Made by a program: the position numbers and the translations under genes. Under the pieces are notes generated by a model. The model saw only the letters and a list, made by a program, of their open reading frames with translations. It was not told where the DNA came from and ran no database searches. A stretch of DNA of 61,973 nucleotides, filler included, from Candidatus Delongbacteria bacterium (lineage in GTDB: Bacteria; UBA4055): the NCBI GenBank assembly GCA_016937995.1. It is 3 parts of 3 records of this genome, joined end to end, with 100 filler letters (N's around TTAATTAATTAA, not from the genome) between each part and the next. Parts side by side here need not be neighbours in the genome. Positions count along the whole stretch, not along the records: positions 1 to 28,545 come from JAFGVM010000009.1; 2 more parts are not named here. The stretch is one strand, 5' to 3'. Every line of letters begins with the position of its first letter. The first letter of the stretch is position 1. Of the stretch, positions 8,636-18,395 are shown piece after piece.

Positions 8636-9568
8636 ATGTACGATTTTATTGTTACCGGAGGGTGTGGATTCATAGGGAGTCACTTTATTGAGTTGATCCT
8701 GAAAAAAGGTTTCAGGGTACTTAACATTGATAAGATGACTTATGTTTCATGGGAGAACATAGGTTTTGAAAATCACCCGCATTACAGTTTTCTAAAAGCG
8801 GATATCTCAGAGATATCCAATCTTCCGAAATGTGACTATCTGATAAATTTTGCCGCAGAGAGTTTTGTTGACAATTCTATCGAGAACAGCGAGGAATTCT
8901 TCAGGTCAAATGTTAACGGTGTTCATAATCTGCTGGAACATATCCGAATGAAGGCAAAGTTTGACAGACCGCTTTTTTTTCAGGTAAGTACAGATGAAGT
9001 ATATGGAGATATTATTGACGGAGTATTTACAGAAGAGGATTATCTGAAACCGAGTAATCCTTATTCAGCTACGAAAGCAGCCGCAGAACAATTTGTATAC
9101 GCTTATAACAGAACTTACGGGATCGATTATATTATAACAAGGTGCAGTAACAATTTTGGATGCAGGCAGTATCCGGAAAAGCTTATCCCGAAGGTAATTA
9201 TGAGCGCTCTTGCAGGAAGAAGTATGACCATTCACGGAGACGGATCTTATGTGAGATCATGGGTGCATGTAGAAGATCATTGTGAAGCGATATTAGCACT
9301 TGTCGAAAGTGAAAAAAGAAATCAAGTGTACAATATATGTTCAGGCGATGAAGCATCCAATCTTGAAGTAGTGAATTTGATATACGAAAGAATGAATATT
9401 GAACCTAAACTTCAATTTGTAGAAAACAGATGGGGACAGGATCTGAGATACGCAATTTCAACGAATAAGATCGAGAAAGATATTAACTGGAAGTCAAGGT
9501 TCAAGCTTAAAGAAACGATCGATGAGGTTATTAAATTTTATAAGGACAAGTATGAAAAAAATTCCTAA
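8636..9568 (+). CDS. rmlB: dTDP-glucose 4,6-dehydratase (RmlB-like)
   Basis: Motifs TGGCGFIGS, NFAAESFVDNSI, VSTDEVYG, YSATK and QYPEKLIP. Confidence 0.8.
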   Translation: MYDFIVTGGCGFIGSHFIELILKKGFRVLNIDKMTYVSWENIGFENHPHYSFLKADISEISNLPKCDYLINFAAESFVDNSIENSEEFFRSNVNGVHNLLEHIRMKAKFDRPLFFQVSTDEVYGDIIDGVFTEEDYLKPSNPYSATKAAAEQFVYAYNRTYGIDYIITRCSNNFGCRQYPEKLIPKVIMSALAGRSMTIHGDGSYVRSWVHVEDHCEAILALVESEKRNQVYNICSGDEASNLEVVNLIYERMNIEPKLQFVENRWGQDLRYAISTNKIEKDINWKSRFKLKETIDEVIKFYKDKYEKNS

Positions 9569-9944
9569 ACACGGTGATGAAAGGGGATTTTTGATCGAAT
9601 TTCTGAGAGAAGATGATAATTTTTTGAATTTTAAAGGTCAGGTATATGCTTCAACAATAGCTCCTGATACAGTAAGAGGAAATCATTATCACAATGATAA
9701 AACTGAAGTATTTACGGTAATGAAAGGTGTTTTAAAAGTTTTAGTACAACATATAGATTCAAATGAGATCAAAGAGTACATATTAGACAGTTCAGGAAAA
9801 GAACTGGACAGGATAGTTGTCGAACCAAAATATGCCCATACATTTATCAATATCGGTAAAGAGGAAGTAGTATTACTTGCATGGGGGGATCAGATCCATG
9901 ATCATTCCGGCCCTGATCAGCACAAGTTCATCATAAATCAATAA
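9552..9944 (+). CDS. Stand-alone sugar cupin (FdtA/WxcM- or CapF-C-terminal-like isomerase/epimerase)
   Basis: Cupin motifs HGDERG, RGNHYH..KTE and HTF. Start moved to ATG 9552, which follows AAGGA and overlaps the rmlB end. Confidence 0.7.
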   Translation: MKKIPKHGDERGFLIEFLREDDNFLNFKGQVYASTIAPDTVRGNHYHNDKTEVFTVMKGVLKVLVQHIDSNEIKEYILDSSGKELDRIVVEPKYAHTFINIGKEEVVLLAWGDQIHDHSGPDQHKFIINQ

Positions 9945-9954
9945 AAGATAAAAA

Positions 9955-11760
9955 ATGAAAAAAATATTTATTCTGCTTTTTGGAGTTGCTGCGTACATAT
10001 ATAGTCAATCAACAGCTCCTGTACTTATTCCAATGACTGATAAAGCCACATACGATTTTATAGATTACCTGAATACTTCAGGTGTGATCGATATTGAATT
10101 TACAGGTATGAAACCATATCGAACTGATGAGATATATAAAAAACTAACCAAAATTAAAGATGCTGACAATAAAATACTGAATTTTATTCAACGGTTTGAA
10201 GAGGAATATATTCAAAAGGAAAATAAATTCGGAACAGTTGGATCAAAAAATACTACAGCCTGGTTCGACCCGTATGTAAACCAGTCATATATTTCTCAGA
10301 AGGCAGTTGAAGCACCGCTGTATATTTATCATAGTGCGTACAGTTATTTAGCCAATTCAAATGCAGATAGAGGTTATGCCTATCCGGATATCTCCCAGAA
10401 CGTTACAGATGGTGGATTGAAAGGTTATTTTGGATATAAAGAGTTTCTGTCTCTCAGTACCAACTCAGGTGTAATGTTGAAGCATGGTTATGAATATAAA
10501 CTGAGAGATGAGTATGAAACACTGGTTCTGGTCCCTTCAGGTGGAGAAGCGGACTTCAGTAGCGAGGACCATACTGAGACATCGCTGCTGCTTTCAGGCG
10601 ACGATATTCAACTATCTATAGGTAAGTATCCTTTATCATTAGGTGCAGGTAATATGCATTCACTAACATTATCGTCTCAGGAAGCTTTTTATGAGAATTT
10701 TATATTTTCGATAGCAAGTGACAGAGTTAAATTCAGTACAGTTACCGGATTCTTACTGGCGGATTATCAGACCAGGCATGAATCAAGTATCGCTTCATAT
10801 CAAATTACAAATTTAGATACTGCAAGCCGTGTGGATTATATAAAACGGGAAAAATATCTTTCAGCCCACAGACTTGAATGGAGAGCATTGGATAACCTTA
10901 GTTTTGGTGTGAATGAAATGGTTATCATGGGAGACAGGACCATAGAGATGGGCTATGCTCTTCCGGTTCTTCCACTTTTCTGGATGGGACACTACTACGG
11001 AGATCATGACAATTCTCTGATCAGTTTTGATCTGAAGTATAAGCCTTTTAAGAATTTTTCTTTTTTCAGTGAATTATTATTTGATGATGAGACATTTACG
11101 GAAAGCTGGACTAAGAACTATATGAACAAATGGGCAATTTCTACCGGTTTAACAAATACAAACTTTTTAACAATAAACGGATTGACCTTTGATTTTGAAT
11201 ATGCAAGGATCGAACCTTATGTTTATGGTCACAAATATCATATCAACAGGTATATGCATCTGGATAATTTTATAGGAATGCCGTCAGGACCGGACAGTGA
11301 AATGCTTGATTATAAGCTGAAATATTTTTTTGACTTCGACAAAAATATCTCAGTGGGATATACAAGAACGAACCGAGGAGAGCCTATCTGGGGATACTGG
11401 GATGCTCCTATGAGTTATAAAATTGATAATAAAGTATTCCTGAGAGGCACTGTAGAAAAAAGCAATTATTACTTTGCCGATCTTGAATACCGGTACAATA
11501 AGTTCATTTCAATCAATATATTCTATTCTCACACAGATATTATGAATTACAATCACAATTTGCCGAGATATGATGAAACATGGATAGAAGATTATAATGA
11601 TACGAATTCAGATGCTGATCCTTTAAATGATTACCTGGGATATCAGGACTATTACGAAAAAGAAATTGAACCTTCCAAAGTGAAGCAGGTATACTCTAAT
11701 AACACATTTGCCTTAAAGTTGAATCTGGTATTTAAAAATTATTTCAGGGATATTTTTTAA
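9955..11760 (+). CDS. Outer-membrane beta-barrel, capsule assembly Wzi-like
   Basis: Signal peptide, SAHRLE, GDHDNSLI, ELLFDD and GPDS motifs, aromatic-rich strands, C-terminal Phe. Confidence 0.65.
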   Translation: MKKIFILLFGVAAYIYSQSTAPVLIPMTDKATYDFIDYLNTSGVIDIEFTGMKPYRTDEIYKKLTKIKDADNKILNFIQRFEEEYIQKENKFGTVGSKNTTAWFDPYVNQSYISQKAVEAPLYIYHSAYSYLANSNADRGYAYPDISQNVTDGGLKGYFGYKEFLSLSTNSGVMLKHGYEYKLRDEYETLVLVPSGGEADFSSEDHTETSLLLSGDDIQLSIGKYPLSLGAGNMHSLTLSSQEAFYENFIFSIASDRVKFSTVTGFLLADYQTRHESSIASYQITNLDTASRVDYIKREKYLSAHRLEWRALDNLSFGVNEMVIMGDRTIEMGYALPVLPLFWMGHYYGDHDNSLISFDLKYKPFKNFSFFSELLFDDETFTESWTKNYMNKWAISTGLTNTNFLTINGLTFDFEYARIEPYVYGHKYHINRYMHLDNFIGMPSGPDSEMLDYKLKYFFDFDKNISVGYTRTNRGEPIWGYWDAPMSYKIDNKVFLRGTVEKSNYYFADLEYRYNKFISINIFYSHTDIMNYNHNLPRYDETWIEDYNDTNSDADPLNDYLGYQDYYEKEIEPSKVKQVYSNNTFALKLNLVFKNYFRDIF

Positions 11761-12320
11761 TGGAAGTTTCAAAATTTGATATTAAAGGACCGATGCTTTT
11801 AACACCCAGATCATTCAAAGATGAGAGAGGGTTGTTTCTCGAATCTTTCAATTTAAGAAAATTATCGGAAATCGGTATAAATAATATTTTTGTTCAGGAC
11901 AATGTATCAGAATCAAGGTTGGGAGTTCTCAGAGGTCTTCATTATCAGATCATTCCTTTAGCACAGGCAAAAATGATAATAGTTCTGTCCGGAAAAATTT
12001 TAGATATAGCTGTGGATATACGAAAAGGATCACCGACATACGGAAAGCATATTTCTGTGGAATTATCTTCAACAGAACGTAATATGCTTTTTATTCCAAA
12101 TGGATTTGCACATGGTTTTATTGCACTTCAGGATAATACTATAGTTCAGTATAAATGCGATGAATATTATTCTCCTGAGCATGAAAGAGGTATAAATTAT
12201 TCCGATCCGGCTTTAAACATAGACTGGAAATATCCAGAGGATAAAATGATCGTAGCAAAAAGAGATCTTGAGTTCCCTAATTTAGATAAAGCAGATATGA
12301 ACTTTATTTATGAGGGTTAG
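11760..12320 (+). CDS. rmlC: dTDP-4-dehydrorhamnose 3,5-epimerase
   Basis: Motifs DERGLFLE, FVQDN.S.S..GVLRGLHYQ, DIRKGSPTYG, GFAHGF and YKCD..Y. Confidence 0.93.
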   Translation: MEVSKFDIKGPMLLTPRSFKDERGLFLESFNLRKLSEIGINNIFVQDNVSESRLGVLRGLHYQIIPLAQAKMIIVLSGKILDIAVDIRKGSPTYGKHISVELSSTERNMLFIPNGFAHGFIALQDNTIVQYKCDEYYSPEHERGINYSDPALNIDWKYPEDKMIVAKRDLEFPNLDKADMNFIYEG

Positions 12321-13196
12321 ATGAAGTATTTTATTTCCGGAGCGAACGGTCAGTTAGGAAGAGAAATACGGGATTCCTCAGTTAAATATCCGGATTCAGT
12401 TTTTGAATTCCATGGGAGCGATTTTGACATTCGTGATAATATAAAATTAACAGATCATTTTAAAGACCGTGAATTTGATTACTTTATAAATTGCGCAGCA
12501 TATACCGATGTTGAAAATGCAGAAAAAGATCCTGAAAATACATTTAAGATCAATCACTCAGCCTTAAAAAATATAATAGGCATTTGTAATAAAAAGGACA
12601 TTACTTTAATTCATTTTTCAACAGATTTTGTTTTTAACGGAGAAAAAACCTCTCCTTATAACGAGAATGACGATCCTGATCCTCTTTCAGTTTACGGTGA
12701 AAGTAAATACAGAGGTGAGCAGTTGATAATAGAGGAATGTAAAAGATATATCATTTTACGAGTTTCATGGCTGTATTCAGTTTATGGCAATAATTTTGTA
12801 AAAAAGATAATCGACCTCAGCAGGAAAAATGACACTTTAAATGTCGTGTCAGACGAAACAGGATCACCGACGAATGCAAAAGATCTTGCTCAGGATATTC
12901 TGTTAATTACTGAACAAAAATTAAATAAAGACAGTATGAATGTAGCTGAACTGTATCATTATGCAAATGCGGGATGTGTTTCAAGATACGAGTTCGCAAA
13001 AAAGATCGTAGAATATGCAGGGATAGATTGTAAAATAAATCCTGTAAGCAGCGGTTATTTCAATTTTATGGCCAAAAGACCAAAGAACAGTATTCTTGAT
13101 CAAAGTAAAATAATTGAAGAATTTGATCTTATTATCAGAAACTGGGATGATTCATTACAGGAATGTATTAAAAATATAGTATCAGATGAAAAATAA
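12321..13196 (+). CDS. rmlD: dTDP-4-dehydrorhamnose reductase
   Basis: Motifs GANGQLG, NCAAYTDVE, STDFVF, YGESK and AKRP. Confidence 0.92.
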   Translation: MKYFISGANGQLGREIRDSSVKYPDSVFEFHGSDFDIRDNIKLTDHFKDREFDYFINCAAYTDVENAEKDPENTFKINHSALKNIIGICNKKDITLIHFSTDFVFNGEKTSPYNENDDPDPLSVYGESKYRGEQLIIEECKRYIILRVSWLYSVYGNNFVKKIIDLSRKNDTLNVVSDETGSPTNAKDLAQDILLITEQKLNKDSMNVAELYHYANAGCVSRYEFAKKIVEYAGIDCKINPVSSGYFNFMAKRPKNSILDQSKIIEEFDLIIRNWDDSLQECIKNIVSDEK

Positions 13197-14547
13197 AGGA
13201 ATATTATCAGACAAAGAATTTTTAGCTAATGTTGGAAAGCTGTTCAGTGCTTCAGCGATCGCACAGGCTGTTCCGTTCTTTGTGTTGCCTTTTTTGACAA
13301 GGATCTACGGACCTGAGGAGTTCGGGGTTTGGGTATATTTCCTTAGCCTTAGTGGTATTTTCTCAATAATTATCACAGGGAATTATGAATTTGCGATAAT
13401 GTTACCGAAAGAACGGTCTGAAGCAACTTCGACAGTGACATTAACGATGCTACTCGGATTGATCTCCTCATCAGTGATGGTGCTGATCTCTTTTATGTTC
13501 CGGGATAAATTAAATATTATGCTCGGTCTTGAAAATGCAGAGAACCTGATCTTCCTGATACCTTTAATGGCATTTCTCTTTGCTGCATACAGAACTTGCA
13601 ATATCTGGAATAACAGGAATAACAAGTACAGTGTTACTGCAGTGGCAAATGTATTTAGATCACTGTCCACTACAGGATACCAGTTCCATTCAGGATATTA
13701 TGGCTATTCCAACTATTTTGGATTGATCTTAGGTTCAGTAATAGGCTATTCACTTGGAATAATTTTTCAGATAAGGGACATATTCAAAGCAATGGCAGAA
13801 AATGTTTCTCAGCTAAAGATATCCACTTTAAAAGAACAGATGATCAAATACAGAAAATTCCCCCAGTTCTTTTTATTTTCTGAGCTTACAAATTATTTCT
13901 CATCGAACATACCGGTATTATTTCTGACAAATTTATTCAGTTCTACTGTTGCAGGTCTGTATTCAATACCTCATAAGTTCATTAATGTCCCGATGTCAAT
14001 GCTGGGAACATCTGTTTCACAGGTTTATTACAGAAAAGCTACTCTGCTGAAAGCTGACAGTGAGGAACTGGGAAAGGTAACCTTTGAAATTTACAAAAAA
14101 ATGATATATCTGGGTATTATTCCATTATCTATCGTTGCAGGTTACGGAGACATCATATTCGGCTTTATACTGGGTGCTGAATGGGGTGTTGCCGGATCGT
14201 ATGCCGGTTTGCTGGCACCTTGGATGCTGCTGGTCTTTGCAACGTCTCCGGTATCAATTGTTTTTGCGGTCCTGGAAAAACAGAAAGAGAGTTTGAAATT
14301 AAATATTGTTCTGCTTATTATCCGCCTTGCAGCTTTTCTCTTGGGCGGACTGTTATTAAAAAGCGCATTCTGGGCCATAGCTCTGTTCGGTGGTAGCGGA
14401 TTTATTTACTGGCTTTATTTTTCATTTTATGTACTAAATATCTCAGGTTCTGATCTTGAAAAAGCGAAATGGTTCATTATTAAAAACTTTGCCTATATAA
14501 TGTTACCTGTAATTTTATCAAGAGCGATATTTTTATGGATAGATTAA
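13186..14547 (+). CDS. Wzx-type oligosaccharide flippase
   Basis: About 12 TM segments, LTRIYGPEEFG motif, located in the polysaccharide operon. Confidence 0.8.
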   Translation: MKNKGILSDKEFLANVGKLFSASAIAQAVPFFVLPFLTRIYGPEEFGVWVYFLSLSGIFSIIITGNYEFAIMLPKERSEATSTVTLTMLLGLISSSVMVLISFMFRDKLNIMLGLENAENLIFLIPLMAFLFAAYRTCNIWNNRNNKYSVTAVANVFRSLSTTGYQFHSGYYGYSNYFGLILGSVIGYSLGIIFQIRDIFKAMAENVSQLKISTLKEQMIKYRKFPQFFLFSELTNYFSSNIPVLFLTNLFSSTVAGLYSIPHKFINVPMSMLGTSVSQVYYRKATLLKADSEELGKVTFEIYKKMIYLGIIPLSIVAGYGDIIFGFILGAEWGVAGSYAGLLAPWMLLVFATSPVSIVFAVLEKQKESLKLNIVLLIIRLAAFLLGGLLLKSAFWAIALFGGSGFIYWLYFSFYVLNISGSDLEKAKWFIIKNFAYIMLPVILSRAIFLWID

Positions 14548-16142
14548 AGATCGATCTGAAATATAATAAAGGGTATTCCTGGTATATTGAAAATAATTTT
14601 TATTTCAAGGGTTATGTATTTGATAATGAACAATCTCTTGAAGGCAGGTCAGCTGTAAAGTACATAAAAGAAAGCATTTATCAGAACAATGATATTGAAA
14701 TAGCTGTCTCAAAATTGAACGGCATTTTTTCTTTGATATATAAAAGCTACGACCAGCTGATAATCTGTGTTGACAGGGTTAGAACATTTCCTCTATTCTA
14801 CAGCGCTAAAAATGAGAGAATAATTATTTCAGATGATGCTGAAGCATGCCTGGATGAGACTATAAGGACCAATAAATCAGCTAAAGAGGAATTTCAGTAT
14901 ACAGGATATGTCACAGGAGATAATACTTTGATAGAGGATGTATCTCAGGTTCAGGCGGGGGAACTTGTCTATTTAACTCCCCAGTCCAGAAGTTCAATAT
15001 TTTATCATGAATATCTACAGAAAAATGACCCAGCTGATCAGGTCGGGACAGATAAATTATCTTTAAGTAAAGTGTTCACCGATATTTCACACAGACTTAA
15101 AAATTCTTTAAAAGGAAAAACTCCGGTGATACCGCTCAGTGGCGGGTATGATTCAAGATTGATAGCTGTAATGCTAAAGGAAAGAGGGGTAGAAGATGCT
15201 GTTTGTTTTACTTATGGAAGAAAAGATAATCCGGAAATAGATATATCCAGGAAAGTTGCAAGATCTCTTGGTTATAAGTGGCATTTTATAGAGTATACAC
15301 CTGAATTGATCAAAGGTTATATACAGGATGATGATTTCAAAGAATATTATAGATACAGTTCAAACCACACATCGATGTTTTACATGCAGGAGTATTTTGC
15401 TGTCAGAGAATTAAAAAAATTAATTCCTGCAAATTCTGTATTTATTCCTGGTCATTCGGGTGACTTTTTTGGTGGAAGTCATCTGGATAAACAAATTGCC
15501 CTTTCAAAGACAGAGAATGAAATTGTGGATCACATAATCAGAAAGCATTTTGTTCTAATGAGAGTAAAAAATGATCGTAAAAATAGACTGAAAAAAAGGA
15601 TAAAACATCAGATAAGTGGAAAAAATGATAATGTAAATTACTCTTACTTTGAAAACTGGGACCTTAAAGAACGTCAGGCAAAATTCGTTGTAAATTCATC
15701 CAGGATATATGAGCATTTCGGTTTTCAACATTTATTGCCGTTAATGGATAATGAACTGATGGACTTTTTTGCGAAAACAAATTTGAAGCAGAAGATGAAT
15801 AAAATTTTATATAATAAAGTGATCGTGAACGGGATCTTTCACAAATATGATCTTAATTTCACAAATGAGATACAGGCGAAAAGAAAGGATATAAGAATTC
15901 AGAAGTTAAAAGAGACGGTTAAAAAAATACTGCCGTCAAAGATAGTAGATAAATATAAGTATAAATTAAACAGGATAGGTGATACCTATTATTACATAGA
16001 GATCACTGATCTCATGAAGAAGGAATTAATGTCAAAAAATATTAATATTGACGTTTCTGGCAGGGACAAGAACTCAATCATTGTTCAATGGTATTTACAT
16101 AAGCTAGAGACCAGAGGTAAATGTATCAATCTGAATTTATAA
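14535..16142 (+). CDS. Asparagine-synthetase-like ATP-dependent amide ligase (glycan modification)
   Basis: Motifs LNGIFS, DRVRTFPLFY, PP-loop PLSGGYDSR and PGHSGDFFGG. No N-terminal Cys. Confidence 0.75.
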   Translation: MDRLKIDLKYNKGYSWYIENNFYFKGYVFDNEQSLEGRSAVKYIKESIYQNNDIEIAVSKLNGIFSLIYKSYDQLIICVDRVRTFPLFYSAKNERIIISDDAEACLDETIRTNKSAKEEFQYTGYVTGDNTLIEDVSQVQAGELVYLTPQSRSSIFYHEYLQKNDPADQVGTDKLSLSKVFTDISHRLKNSLKGKTPVIPLSGGYDSRLIAVMLKERGVEDAVCFTYGRKDNPEIDISRKVARSLGYKWHFIEYTPELIKGYIQDDDFKEYYRYSSNHTSMFYMQEYFAVRELKKLIPANSVFIPGHSGDFFGGSHLDKQIALSKTENEIVDHIIRKHFVLMRVKNDRKNRLKKRIKHQISGKNDNVNYSYFENWDLKERQAKFVVNSSRIYEHFGFQHLLPLMDNELMDFFAKTNLKQKMNKILYNKVIVNGIFHKYDLNFTNEIQAKRKDIRIQKLKETVKKILPSKIVDKYKYKLNRIGDTYYYIEITDLMKKELMSKNINIDVSGRDKNSIIVQWYLHKLETRGKCINLNL

Positions 16143-16160
16143 TAAGAACAGGGATAAAAA

Positions 16161-16850
16161 ATGATAATAGCAATAGACGGTCCTGCAGCATCAGGCAAAT
16201 CGACAACAGCAAAATTAGTAGGACAGGAATTAAATTTTTTATATATAGACACAGGAGCTATGTACCGGGCCATGACCCTGAAAGCAAAAAAGCTTAATAT
16301 TGATTACGAAGATACTGAAAAAGTCATTTCAATAATTCAGACTACTGATATAGATCAAATTATTGACAGTTCGACAGGTGATACAAAAACATTTCTAGAC
16401 GGGGTCGATGTTTCACTGGAAATAAGAACACCTGAAATTTCTAAAGGAGTAACAGCTGTCTGTGAGATAAAGGAAGTAAGGGAAAATCTTGTTAACATTC
16501 AGCGTATCATGGGAAAAAGAAAGGATGTAATTCTGGACGGAAGAGATATCGGGACAGTTGTATTTCCTGATGCTGATCTCAAATTCTTCATGGTCGCGGA
16601 TGTCGATGTGAGAGCTCAAAGAAGATTTAAAGAACTATCCGAGAAAGGAATATCATCATCACTGGAGGATATTAAAGCTGATATCGTCAGACGTGATGAA
16701 AGAGACAGTTCAAGGTCAAATTCTCCATTGAAACCGGCGGAAGATGCTATATTGATCGATACAAGTGAACTTACGATCAGTGAGCAGGTGGAATTTATTG
16801 TCAATAAGATAAAAAATGAAAAAATGAGAAACGGTAAAAATGAAAATTAA
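16161..16850 (+). CDS. cmk: Cytidylate kinase
   Basis: Motifs IAIDGPAASGKST, DTGAMYRA, DGRDIGTVVFPDA and RD.RD..R..SPL. Confidence 0.96.
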   Translation: MIIAIDGPAASGKSTTAKLVGQELNFLYIDTGAMYRAMTLKAKKLNIDYEDTEKVISIIQTTDIDQIIDSSTGDTKTFLDGVDVSLEIRTPEISKGVTAVCEIKEVRENLVNIQRIMGKRKDVILDGRDIGTVVFPDADLKFFMVADVDVRAQRRFKELSEKGISSSLEDIKADIVRRDERDSSRSNSPLKPAEDAILIDTSELTISEQVEFIVNKIKNEKMRNGKNEN

Positions 16851-17694
16851 AGTTGTAATAGATGAAAAATCAGGTGTTTGCGGGGGAGTAAGCAGAGCCA
16901 TAAGAATGATCGAGGATAAGATGAATTCAGTCGGTACTGATAATATTTATGTTAACGGTGAACTTCTTCATAACAGACTTGAAATGGAAAGACTTATGGA
17001 TTGCGGATTGAAGGTAGAAGAGGATGTGCAGAAAATTAAAGAAGGTATAATTTTCGTCAGAACACATGGCGTAGCAAAAAAAATATTGGAGAATGCGGTT
17101 CAGAATGATAATGAGGTTATTGATGCAACATGTCCCAAAGTTTCTAAATCACAGAATATAATTGAAGAATATTTCAATAAGGATTATCAGATAATTATAG
17201 TGGGAAAAGAAAATCATCCGGAAGTTCAGGGACTGCTCGGTTTTTGTAATTATGAAGGTATTTGTGTTATGAAGGAGTCAGATATCAACAGGATCGATCT
17301 TAAGAAAAGATCCCTGATCATTGCACAGACTACAGTAGCAACCAGCCTGTTCGAACGGTTTATTAATATGATCTCTGAAAAGATTAAAGATCTGGAAATA
17401 GCTATGACCATTTGTCCGTTTGTGGAGAAACGTGAGGAAGAGTTAATTCAATTTGCAAAAGAATATTCTGTCATAATTTTTATTGGCGGTAAAAACAGTT
17501 CCAATACCAAGGTAATGTTTGAAAAATTGAGTCAGTATAACGTACGTTCTTATCTTATTGAGAACAGGAACGAAATAGATTACAGCTGGTTCAGAGAAAA
17601 TGATGTGGTCGGAATTTCAGGAAGCGCATCAACTCCGATCTGGCAGATAAAAGAGATAAAAAATGTAATTGTGGAATACTTTAAAAATAAGTGA
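16840..17694 (+). CDS. ispH: 4-hydroxy-3-methylbut-2-enyl diphosphate reductase
   Basis: Three Fe-S cysteines (GVCGGV, DATCP, TICP), plus HN, HG, HPEV, QTT, SSNT and ASTP motifs. Confidence 0.92.
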   Translation: MKIKVVIDEKSGVCGGVSRAIRMIEDKMNSVGTDNIYVNGELLHNRLEMERLMDCGLKVEEDVQKIKEGIIFVRTHGVAKKILENAVQNDNEVIDATCPKVSKSQNIIEEYFNKDYQIIIVGKENHPEVQGLLGFCNYEGICVMKESDINRIDLKKRSLIIAQTTVATSLFERFINMISEKIKDLEIAMTICPFVEKREEELIQFAKEYSVIIFIGGKNSSNTKVMFEKLSQYNVRSYLIENRNEIDYSWFRENDVVGISGSASTPIWQIKEIKNVIVEYFKNK

Positions 17695-17709
17695 TGTTTT
17701 TTGATTTGA

Positions 17710-18174
17710 TCATCTCTCGTTATTGTACCACTGCTTAATGATTTTTTCATACTTCAGAGTCTTTGAATAAGCATCCAGAATACATATTACATATCCGAGT
17801 AAAATTAGAACGAATACCTGAGTAAAATCAATGGATGTATTTTCAGCTGTTGAAAAAGGTAAAAATTCCAGAAAAAAAGATATAAGAAATATTATAAGGA
17901 AGGATAATAAGATCTGTGATGTGTCGAGAAGTATATATTTAAATCTGCCTAAGTTTAAGTATTTGGCAAATTCTCTTTTTTCAACCAGTTCAGGAGTAAA
18001 CGAGAAAGCCATTTTATCGAGTGCTTTAATACTATCAGGTTCTTCATGGTATCTGTCCAGCACATCATAGAATTTTTCTTTATGTGTAGAAATGTACTTT
18101 TTATGAGAGTGGTAATTGACCAATATCATTATCATCCAACCAAAGAGTGTCGCATAAATAAAATAAACTATCAT
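17710..18174 (-). CDS. Hypothetical membrane protein (about 3 TM)
   Basis: Open frame with hydrophobic segments. ATG at 18174 is the more plausible start than the track's 18264. Confidence 0.6.
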   Translation of the reverse strand: MIVYFIYATLFGWMIMILVNYHSHKKYISTHKEKFYDVLDRYHEEPDSIKALDKMAFSFTPELVEKREFAKYLNLGRFKYILLDTSQILLSFLIIFLISFFLEFLPFSTAENTSIDFTQVFVLILLGYVICILDAYSKTLKYEKIIKQWYNNER

Positions 18175-18395
18175 AATATTTTCCGTTTGAGCAATACAGT
18201 AGAATACGATATTCTTTAATATCACAGTACAAAATAAAACTAAAAGTTGGATATTACAACACAAAAAGTATTAAATTATAACTTAATGTTAATTCTCACT
18301 ATCCGTATATGTATACTGAAATCAAACTTAATTTGATCCTTTATTTTTCTAGATATTTTATATATATTTTTACAAATGATGTATTGAGGGACATA

